In this document: one piece after another, positions 34,549-50,800 of the stretch
How positions within the stretch are numbered: position 1 is the first letter of the stretch
Layout: every line of letters begins with the position of its first letter
Assembly: GCA_003344405.1 (NCBI GenBank)
Contig: NOWV01000002.1
Span: forward strand, 1,054,001-1,118,000
Length of the DNA stretch: 64,000 bases
Reading direction: 5' to 3'
Source: Trichoplax sp. H2
Taxonomy: Eukaryota
The notes under the pieces: model-generated
Seen by the model: the letters and a program-made list of their open reading frames with translations, nothing else
What the model was told of the DNA's origin: nothing
Database searches by the model: none
Position numbers and translations under genes: made by a program

Positions 34549-36021
34549 CTTTAGTGAAAAGGATGCGAAACTGTTACGTTTAGAAATCCATTTTACTTCA
34601 AGTTTTCATTTTAGTTTGAACTGAAACTGCAATTTTCATGTGCATAGAGCGGCCGAGTATGAGAGCAGAGTGAGTCGAGTCAATCGAGTGCATAGAGGTG
34701 CCAAGTTCTTCTTCCTCTATGGTTGAATGAGACTTGTTGTGCCTGTTTATTACAGACAGTTTACAGTACACTACTGTACTGTACTGTACACTGAGTCTAC
34801 AGTACTATACTGTGGGTACAGTACTGTATACTGTACAGTACAGTACGTACAGTACTATGGTACTGTACAGTACAGTACTGTACTGTATGTGCCATAGAGT
34901 TCGAAGAAAACAATTTAGTTAGTCTCTCTGGCATGGGCTTCAGGGTGCAGCGTCTGCAGCGCATCAAGTACTGTGTTTTTTTTTTTAAGTGTTTTCTATG
35001 CCGTTTCCGTATTAACTAAAGAACAAGAATAAAGATCTTTTTCTGTATGATTATTCTATTTATTTATTTAAATCATTTATTATATACAACAGGGGAAATA
35101 ACTCGCGAACTTTTTCCACTTTTAACGAGGCAGTCCAGTAGTTGTTAACGTACTGTGCAGTAGTGGAGACAAAATCTCTATAATGCAAGTAACAAGCATA
35201 ACACTTTGATTGTGATGTACGGTCGTGTGTAACAACTTTGTATTCATTGTGCAACGTGTCACTTAATTTGTTCACTCTATCGTACCGCTTGCAGCAAANN
35301 NNNNNNNNNNNNNNNNNNCTTTAGTGAAAAGGATGCGAAACTGTTACGTTTAGAAATCCATTTTACTTCAAGTTTTCATTTTAGTTTGAACTGAAACTGC
35401 AATTTTCATGTGCATAGAGCGGCCGAGTATGAGAGCAGAGTGAGTCGAGTCAATCGAGTGCATAGAGGTGCCAAGTTCTTCTTCCTCTATGGTTGAATGA
35501 GACTTGTTGTGCCTGTTTACAGTACTGTATTACAGACAGTTTACAGTACACTACTGTACTGTGGGTACAGTATGTGCCATAGAGTTAGAAGAAAACAATT
35601 TAGTTAGTCTCTCTGGAATGGGCTTCAGGGTGTAGCGTCTGCAGCGCATCAAGTACTGTACAGTACAGTGTACAGTACAGTACAATACTGTACGGTGTGT
35701 TTTTTTTTTAAGTGTTTTCTATGCCGTTTCCGTATTAACTATAGAACAAGAATAAAGATCTTTTTCTGTATGATTATTCTATTTATTTATTTAAATCATT
35801 TATTACATACAACAGGGGAAATAACTCGCGAACTTTTTCCTCTTTTAACGAGGCAGTCCAGTAGTTGTTAACGTACTGTGCAGTAGTGGAGACAAAATCT
35901 CTATAATGCAAGTAACAAGCATAACACTTTGATTGTGATGTACGGTCGTGTGTAACAACTTTGTATTCATTGTGCAACGTGTCACTTAATTTGTTCACTC
36001 TATCGTACCGCTTGCAGCAAA
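34549..36021. repeat. Near-identical duplicate (34549-35298 and 35319-36021) flanking a 20-N gap; probably two uncollapsed haplotypes
   Basis: The copies align end to end with about 6 substitutions, a 1-nt poly-T difference and four indels made of pentamer-type units. Each copy abuts the gap. Confidence 0.9.
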
Positions 36022-36840
36022 ACCATGTACAGTACAGTACTGTACTGTAATGTACATAGACGTGGGCACAGTCAGGGACTGCTAAGGAGAAATTTCGAAT
36101 TTTCTCTTGAATTAAATGATGCATTTTACAGTACTGTACTGTATAGTACTGTACTGTAAAATGGAAATAGCACAGTTGGCTCCAGTTTAGTCTCAGCTTC
36201 ATGCAAAGCACAGCTAAAAATACTGAAAATACTACAGTACACTACAGTACTGTACTGTACAGTACAGTGCACCGTACCGTAGCTTGAAGCACGTCCTTTT
36301 TTTCTTGACATCTTTTTTACTGTTTTAGCTGTTGTACAGTAAAGCATTATTATTATTTTTTTTTTTACCTCTATGACCTCTACAGTACTGTACTGTACAG
36401 TGTACAGTACTTGCACTTGCAGCCTCCATCCCTCTCCGGCTCTCCCGCTCTTCTCTTTTTTTACAACAGTACAGTATCTACAGACGACTACAGTACAGTA
36501 CTGTGTTTCATTGCCTTCGTACTATACGGTACAGTACAGAACGTGCTATTTTCCGTCACCGTTTGAGCCTTCTACAGTGTACACTGTACAGTACAGTATG
36601 GTACAGTACAATACAGCATGAAAAACTAGTCAGATTTTTACTGTACAGTACAGTAAAAGTACACTGACATACTGTACACTGTACAGTACAGTACAGTACT
36701 GTACAGTACTGTACAGAATCTTCCAGTGCTCACGACTGTAGCCTACAGTACATACTGTACAGTACACTGTTCAGTACAGTACTGGGCTGTTAGGTGCAGC
36801 AGAAAGGTAGGGGCAGTCGTACTGTAGATTACAGTACTAA
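34770..36840. repeat. Densest mosaic TACAG/TACTG array cluster, at the ANP32 promoter/5' region
   Basis: For example actgtacactgtacagtacagtacagtactgtacagtactgtacag (~36671-36716). Lies just upstream of the ANP32 start codon at 37069. Confidence 0.9.
35299..35318. other. Assembly gap (20 N)
   Basis: Run of n characters. Confidence 1.
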
Positions 36841-37068
36841 TACTGTAAAAGAAAGAAGTTCGACAGGAAACGCACACTGTGGACAGTAGTCAAGTATCAA
36901 TAGGTTTTTATACCACTGATCATTGCGTGATAGTGGTATACAGTGCAAACTACAGCGCTAGCAGTGAATTAATAACACCAAAGTGTACTCATCTAATTTC
37001 TCTTTCAGACTAGTGCCACACTATTTGCATCTCGAGTGACATTTGTAGGCAAATTTTTGTTCAAGGCT

Positions 37069-42870
<5,802 letters not shown>

Positions 42871-44352
42871 GAAACTTACATCAAGATGTAATTAGTAAAG
42901 TCGATTTTATGATAAGTAGTGTTAATTGGGAAGAGTTAATGGTAATATGGTAATCAAAATATCTCTTTGCTCTTTTATGAAATGCAAAATTCTTAGTCAT
43001 CCTTATCACATGATACAATTTTCAGTATTGCAGTAAACTAATAAAATTTCATATCGTATGGCCCTATTGCTATAGTACCTTCCCTTTGCATTGTAATATA
43101 GATTACTACTGGCGATTTATGACTTTCTTTGTCCTGTTACTTTCACTCGTAACTACCTGCAAGCTTAAAGACGTTGAAAGTGCGGCTCAACATTAACTGT
43201 GCTCTTGTTGTAGTACAAGACTAGAATTGTAGACATGAATTAAAATTTGAATGCTTGTTTGTAAGTAATGTAATCCTGTTAGTAGTTAATTGATACTGCT
43301 TCTTTTTCTAGTTTTGTGGTGCAGTACTGTCTGTTGAGAGTGATGCAATATCGTATTCCTTTACAAATCAATCTGTAACAAGACTTTCCATTCCAGGAGA
43401 TCTTTAACTTGCAGTCAAGTGATGCGCAATGTTATAGTTAGCAGCTTGAACTGTCAAAACGTGTGATCGTCCTTAATTGGATGCTGATTGTAAAAAGAAT
43501 TGCTGTAGCAGTACTAAAATACGCCTTCACTAATTATAATACTGTGTCGTACTGCTATTGTCATTTCTTAAGGGCACATTAAAACTTCGGACGTTTTATT
43601 TGTCTTCGATTGTAAGTCACCTACGCTTGCGAATTTCGACATATCATTAATCTGCATATATATATACTTACAGTATATATGTACTCCTAGCGAGTGAATG
43701 GGTACAATTACCTTAGATACTGAGATCTAACAGAACGACAGCTATGATATCCTGTTAGCTATAGTCGACGTCGGGCTGTTAAGTGACTAACCTAAGCATT
43801 GTATGTAATAGTTCGTATACTGTACATGCACGCGTGTATTTTTTACATACTGTACTTTCTAAAGATTTCCCTCTGGAATTGACTGGTATCTGCATTGGTC
43901 AGTTACAGAAGTTCGGTTCGAATCCAGATGATCAATCAGACATTAGAATGTGTATTACTGTAGTTGCAAAGATAGATCGTAGATATTGTAAATTTATTCG
44001 GTGCTAGTAACCTGAAATCATTTAGTACGAAATTGCGTATACGTATGCTATACAATACGGAACGGTGCCGTGTAATATGAGATTAATATACATCGATATC
44101 AGATGTGCATTAAAGAAATACAGTAAATACGCAATATCAACAACCTTATAGACCAATCAGTAAATGATCATGTATAGTATATAAACAAGCGCAAGCCTAG
44201 TCCACTTTGTTCCATACTTCTGACATGAGTGACTCTGATAAATCTAAATCACGAAATTAAAGACATTAGCACTCATTATTTCCTTCAGATCTGACAATTA
44301 TAATTAAGTAACAATGTTAAAGTTATGGCGTATTCGGCTAAGCACTAAATTT

Positions 44353-44433
44353 GATGCATCAGATTCAGATATATGTTCTGATCATAGAAAAGTATATTCA
44401 TCCAGCAGTTGGATAGTGCACATCACCTGCATC
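44353..44433 (-). ncRNA. Box C/D snoRNA, SNORD5-like (LSU rRNA Cm guide)
   Basis: 6-bp terminal stem GATGCA/TGCATC, box C GTGATGT, D' ATGA, C' ATGATCA, box D CTGA. D' guide is complementary to LSU CAGCAGTTG(G/A)A; D'+5 falls on the C methylated via human SNORD5 (28S C2422, old C2409). Confidence 0.8.
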
Positions 44434-45061
44434 GCAAGGTACAGGATTTTAACGTAATTATTGCCAAAACATACAAAATTGTTGGAAATTAACTATAACA
44501 ACTATCTATTGACAAAATGTCTTCGTATAGCCGAACAGATTCCTCAATCAGTAAGTCAATCTAGTTCTTTCATTATCGTAGAATATATTTACAAATGCAG
44601 TCGTAATTTAATAATTATTTTTAATTAGTGTAGCTACCGTTTAGGCTCTTACAGTTATAGTGTACTGTAGTTAATAATGTACTAGTACTGTAGATAAATA
44701 GTGTTGTTGCTCTACGATAATTTTTGTCTTGTGTCAGTTTAGTAATACTATTCATATAGATTCCACCATATATATAGAATAAATATCCTCATCTCTCGTA
44801 CCTTTAATTGTAACGCGGCATACATCTAAGCCAAGAAAGGGCGCAATCGCCTTGATGGATACCTAGCAATTTCAGAATGTAATAGTAGATATGTTCAAGT
44901 TATAATCCTTTCCTGATAATAACTACGCTCAATTAATTAAAGGGAAGTTACAAAAATAGCGCTATTTTATTAATTTCCCTGTAACCAAATGTATACACAT
45001 TGCTACTGATACGTTACATAGCTACTAGTATTAAAAATTTTATCAAAAATGTTATGCTGGT

Positions 45062-45139
45062 GGTGTCAGATACTATCTAGAGCATAAAATGTATTATATC
45101 ACATTTCTGCAATCATATCCAAATTATGCATCATTCACC
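45062..45139 (-). ncRNA. Box C/D snoRNA, snR65-like (LSU rRNA Um guide)
   Basis: Terminal stem GGTG/CACC, box C ATGATGC, box D CTGA. D guide is complementary to LSU TACTATCTAG (10 nt); D+5 falls on the U equivalent to yeast 25S U2347. Confidence 0.75.
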
Positions 45140-45784
45140 GTTCAGTTCATAAATTTATGTCCCAAACTGTTGTTGGTGTATGATTATATCTACATTTGTA
45201 ATCTACTATCAATAAAAAGTACTTACCACACTATCAGTTGCGAAGCAATTACAAATCTATCCCCAAAAAGTGGTGGCTTAAGTCACCATAGCTTTCAGCC
45301 GTCACTGTCATCCAAAATATGAAATAACGACAGTAAGACCTGTAGTGGGCCTACATAATGCAATGGTAAAACAAGAATTTCAGATGCAAATAGTCAAGAT
45401 AATACTGAAACACAACTTTTTCCTGTCAGTAAACTGATGCAGTTTGTCTCTAGACTGTCATACCAATTATTTATTTCATTAATTTATTATTAGGTGGAGT
45501 AATTTACATCGAAAATGCACAGCTTCCGATGCTATACGCGTATTAACGACAGTCAGCGTTAAAAATTTTCTTTTTAAGTGAACTACAGATCAGTTACATT
45601 CGTTGGTCGATTTTCTGTTGTTAGAGTTGGAACGCCGCTCGAGCCATAACAGTAACTTCAAAAATTTAAGCAACCTACTCGTTTTATATAATTTGTAATA
45701 TCCTCAGCATTCATTTAATGCAGAGTACAGTACAGTATGTAGCTGTATTGCTCGATATGAGTTTCAGTTCTACAATTAAAGCAT

Positions 45785-45855
45785 CCATTCAGATTCAATT
45801 TTTGATTAATTGGAATCATGTTATTTTCATAACCCAGTGCGTATCATCATAATGG
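45785..45855 (-). ncRNA. Box C/D snoRNA, snR76/SNORD88-like (LSU rRNA Cm guide)
   Basis: Terminal stem CCAT/ATGG extendable to AAGCA/TGCTT, canonical box C ATGATGA, D' ATGA, C' ATGATTC, box D CTGA. D' guide GCACTGGGT pairs with LSU GCCCAGTGC; D'+5 is the C equivalent to yeast 25S C2197. Confidence 0.8.
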
Positions 45856-47839
45856 TGCTTTGGATAGAACGTTAAACCTTTACTGGACTCGAACTTTTTC
45901 AGTCAGTCAATCTAAAGAAATTTTGACCTTTAAGCTAGAAAATATAACTTAATTTTAGTGCAATAATGCCTTGCCACGGTTGTACTAATGTAGCAATTAC
46001 TGGGGCTTACTACATCTCTCATATCATATTATAAACGAACTCTACAGAGTTTATCAATATCATGCATCAGCGTCTCTCAACGTAAATTAATTAATTAAAG
46101 AAAGTTTCTATCAACCCATAATCCTACATAACTAGTGTATATAGATGTACGAGTATTGTTTGTCTGTGAGTAAAGGAGAATATTCGCAATATGAAATTTT
46201 ATCATGAATAAAATTGGGAAAATGGGTAAGTTTTAGTTCGAAAAACGGTACCGTCTTGATCACTTTTATCGACTGATCTATTCGCATATAGTAAAACTGT
46301 ATTGCCAGCCTGACGTATTTGATTTATAGTGCAAGAAATTGAGAAAGATCAATACAATAAAGAGATAGAGATTGTCTTTACTGCCTTTACGACGAAACTC
46401 TGTAGCTAAAAATGTAAGTAACATTGCCAATAATGACCTAACAAGTCAAGAATCCCTTTGAACTCATCATGATGACTTTTGCAATTGAAACTAGTCAAAA
46501 ATTACAAACTAATGGCTAAAGCAAGCAACATACAGCTTAAAATACTACATAACATGTCATTGAAAGAATACCTCATGAATGCCCACTGAGGATTGCTATG
46601 GATGATCCAGTCAACATAACGATAACGCTACGATGCCAAGATGATGATCCTGGAAGCTGTTGGTGCAGGCGCCATTTCTTCGCCAGCTTAAGCATGATGC
46701 TGCTCAATACTGTAGGCTTGGAAATGCGGGATTAGAGTTTAAGCCTTGGTATAGAGTACTGAAGGGCCTGACCTTGATGGCGTACGGTAATGTTCTACTG
46801 TACGGTACACGGCATATGGTATAGCGTTTAGTAAGATGGTTAGCGCAGTTGCTTCCTTCTCATACTATAGCATTGTTGCGAAACTATAACTTGAATATTA
46901 CCTATATTTAGCGGTAATATATATGCATATAGAGAGAGAGACGGTAAAAGATTGACAAAATGATCCCAAAATTACTAATTAAAACAACATTATACTGTAG
47001 AACTAATTTGTAATAATTTTAATAATTAATCAGTTAAAGGACATTACTGAGTGTCTTTGTGAATAACCTACTTAAAATAAAGGAGGCAATCAAGTAAATA
47101 TCATTAAAGTGTGTACAGTATATAGGACTGAATATGACAACGCCTATGGTAGCATCTCCCGATCCGATTGCTATAAAACTGAGTTTACGATCTAGATTTC
47201 AAATCACGTACTAAGTTCGAGTATTGTACACCCATAATAAGGTATTCCTTTATAAAAAAAGTTCTAGGTTGGCAGTTCTAATTTAGCCGGTGAACTCTAC
47301 CTCATAGATCATGCTGTTGTAAATTTAAAATCTAAATACGTATCGCAATTGGCAACAACTCAAGACAAATTACAAATGTGTGCTTTGATTATGTTAATTT
47401 TAATCTGGACATTAATATCGAATTATTTTATTTTATATTATTCTATAAGAGTGAAACAAATACGTCGCTGATCGTGCTACATAAGTATAATTACATACCA
47501 AATTTTAAAAAATGTCAATGTTAATTACTTAATTAGAATTGCATTGTACAGTTCAATATTGTCCAAGACGGATTTTGTCGTTCAGATTTCTTTCTTCTAT
47601 TTTTAGAAGCTAAAACTTACTATCTACCTTGTAAATGATCATCGGTGCCAAATTATTATAATAATTTTCATATCATCTAAAAGTAGTCTAAATATCTAGT
47701 AAATTAATGCGAAAATTTTTAATACGTACTATTGTGTAGCATAAATCTACTTGGAACGATACGTTCTATCTGTTAACCAACTATGGATAAAAGTTTTCAC
47801 TATATACGTACTGATAAAATTGAAACAAATGCAGACATT

Positions 47840-50800
47840 TTATCCGCTAAATTTGACTTTATAAGTATATAATTCCATAGGTTGCAAGGTTAAATCTATC
47901 GACTCTTCGCCTCCTCGTTCGTTTCCGTCATGCATCATTGTTAATGATGTTTCCTTAAAATTACGTACACCAAGATTCCATAGACTTTTGAATTCGATCT
48001 ACGAATTATTAAGTCAAAAAGTGAGTATAACTGCTCAACACAAGAATAGTGATCGTAGCTTGAAAAGAAGAACCAATCGTTTCCTGATGCTTTTAGTACT
48101 AACCTTACTTCCTAGTGGGGAACAAAGCAAAGGTGTCATACCGTATCCACAATCATATCCATATCGATGTAATACTACAGCTGTTTCGTCAGTAGGTTTA
48201 GAATCTCCCTCTCCTTGTACGGTTCTCGCTGTCACTAAGTGCAAATCGCATGGGAAACTTCCGGATTTCAACGGTGAGTACTGTTTAAGTAAGCTATGAG
48301 GAATTACTTCAGAAGTTCCAAACATGATGTTAATAGGATGATTGACAGTCTGAGAAACAGCATGACCAACCAAAGAAGGATATGCAATTGGGATCTTAGA
48401 CTTGACCATAGTCTTGATTAATTAATTGCAATTTATAAAATGGATATTAATGAAACCACACCGGGTAAGCCGTAAAATTCGATTTACACGTTATTAAGCA
48501 TAGCAATGATTAATTTGATTCAATGTACGAATTACCTGTTTTTTAGTCAAATTTTCTAGTAATAGTGCAAAGTGATAAGGAGTCTGCTTGTTATCGCGAA
48601 CTCCTTGCCCTAAGCCACGATTGTCATCTTGACCTAACCTACGATCCAACATAACTTCAAATTCACCTGTAAAGATTCCATCAGTAAACCTTTTAGACAA
48701 ACTAAGTAAACAGGACGAATACTTTAATTTGTTTTTATATATTAAATATCATGCAGCGAGTTCATATAGAGCATGATAAAACTGACCCTGTTTTAAACTG
48801 GCGACACCACATGCTTGCATAGTATGTAGAGTCATCCTAAGTTTAGGATCTTGAAGAAAAGCCATACTCGGCATTGGATAATAATTAGCTTGTAAAGGAA
48901 TTTTATCAAGAGTGCGACGACGTTGCATCTAATGAATAAATTAATTAATGCTGTCTGTAAACTTATAACATTTACTTCGATATGTTATCAATCGCTACAA
49001 ATAATGATTTACAATAAAAACCTAACTTCACATTTCATCAGTATTCTAATGGAATGAAAAGATAATATGTAAGATGTAAGGGTGAAGTACCTGGAATCCG
49101 TTTAGATCGGTAAAGTATTCTCTGTTTGTATTACGTATGTTGGTAGATATCCGCATAATTAATTCCTAGTAGGAAAATATTAAATGCAGTAATTGAATTT
49201 TAAACAGTTCAGTATTGACTGTCAATACCGTATTATCAATTTCAATGCATACCCGATTACTAGTGTCCCTGATATCCACAAGATTATGAATGTGTAAGCT
49301 TCTACTGTCGATTCCTTTTATTTAATTAACAAACCAAAAGTTTATCTTGGTATTAGCAAAAAATCTTTCATAGATACCGTAGCTAGAATATCCTGAATTA
49401 CCATTCGTATTGGCTAGCTGTATATTATGATAAACATTTGGGTAAAAAGCTTGTATTTCATCCCGCTAGACAAAAAAAGTATTAAAATAGTTAATATACG
49501 TAGTAATGTTAGCTCTATAAAGAAGATATATATATATTTTGCAATAGTAATAGATATTTTACCAAAATGCCAGAAATATGACGGAAAAATGGTTTTTGAA
49601 TAAGCACTTCCTAATTGATTAAATGGATTACCCAAGGAATGAATTATACAGCTGTTGATAGAATTCTCGATAAAAGTAATATTAAAATAAAATTAAGGTA
49701 ATTAGGTTTATTTTCCATATTAACCTTTGCTGTCCCACTTGGTAGAAATAGATAAGCACCGCTTGAAACGGTCATATACTGGAGGAATCGTAGCTCAGCA
49801 GTTCGTTTAATTCCTGTTGATTTATCTGCTATGTTCTAATGATTAAAATAGATGATACTTTATCATGCTTTTAATGATTAAGCAAGTGAATCTTATACTC
49901 TAAAATCTATTGCATGTCGCTATACCTGCAGTAAGCCAGTGCATCTGTCAAAATCGGCTACTATAAATTGATTTTCCATGGTTATATATTGCTTCCCACA
50001 ATCAGCGTTCCGAACATCAAAGCTAATAAAGATTAAATATAGTACCTATCTGTATCTACAGCTGCATTTGTGAGTCTTATGTTAATGCAAAGATTTTATA
50101 GTCACTGTGTTATTGATTACCCTTTTACTAAGTCATTTTTAACTTTATGATGGTAAATAGAGGTTTTCGAAGGTTTACAACCATCTGATGAACCATCTGT
50201 TTTTTGTATAGTAACTCTGCTAAAGCCTAGGCCTAGAACTTCAATTGGAAATAGTACCTATAGCCAACGATTATACATTACTAAAGATTAACACCAGATT
50301 ATATCAGTTTATTCAAGGAAAACTATTCAATAAAGTCCCACAGTACCTCAAACTTGTTATCACGAGGAGAATTTTTATCTTTCCATTGAAGGTTAACTTG
50401 ACACTTAATGCTATTACCATCTGCATCAAGTACCTATCAATAATGTTAAAATGCAAGAGAAAATAGTAAGACGTTATACTGTACCGTCTTAAATGGCAAA
50501 GTAACGTATATACTTGGTATAATGCGAGATCCGAAGAAACCGATTTTATCGTAGTCATAATCGGATAAACAGGATCCTATTATAACATCACCGAAATACC
50601 TTAACATTTGGTATGGATACGTGTACCGAAACCAGCTCTTTACGCTTCTGGGCGAGTGAATTGTAAAACACTACAACCCGAGTATTGCTTATACTTAGTA
50701 AACGCTTTTCGGGTAAGGAATCGTGAGAAGCTCTTGATTCATCCTATCAGCATTAATCAATTAAAAGTTAATGTAGATACACGTAGGCCTGGCAGAATCC

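Larger units (their letters stand above)
44300..46010 (-). ncRNA. Putative spliced non-coding snoRNA host gene; candidate exons 45934-45884, 45674-45598, 45350-45227, 44862-44802; ends not defined
   Basis: AG/GT-bounded segments alternate with the snoRNAs. Segments 45934-45884 and 45350-45227 have stops in all three frames. Confidence 0.55.

Noticed and set aside
34549..36021. Real tandem gene duplication (twin ORFs 35060-35275 and 35783-36211)
   Set aside because: Both copies end exactly at an N gap and differ by about 1%, typical of uncollapsed alleles; the ORFs have no recognisable domain.
43900..43930. GGTTCGAATCC (tRNA T-loop / box B) with an upstream hairpin
   Set aside because: No acceptor stem, D arm or anticodon arm can be built at tRNA spacing.
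44731..44796. Fourth C/D snoRNA candidate (GAGATGA...CTGA, minus strand)
   Set aside because: Non-canonical box C, no convincing terminal stem, no rRNA-complementary guide found, and it abuts a splice donor.
45352..45597. H/ACA snoRNA in the remaining host intron
   Set aside because: Only weak hairpins and generic ANANNA/ACA matches; not supportable by eye.
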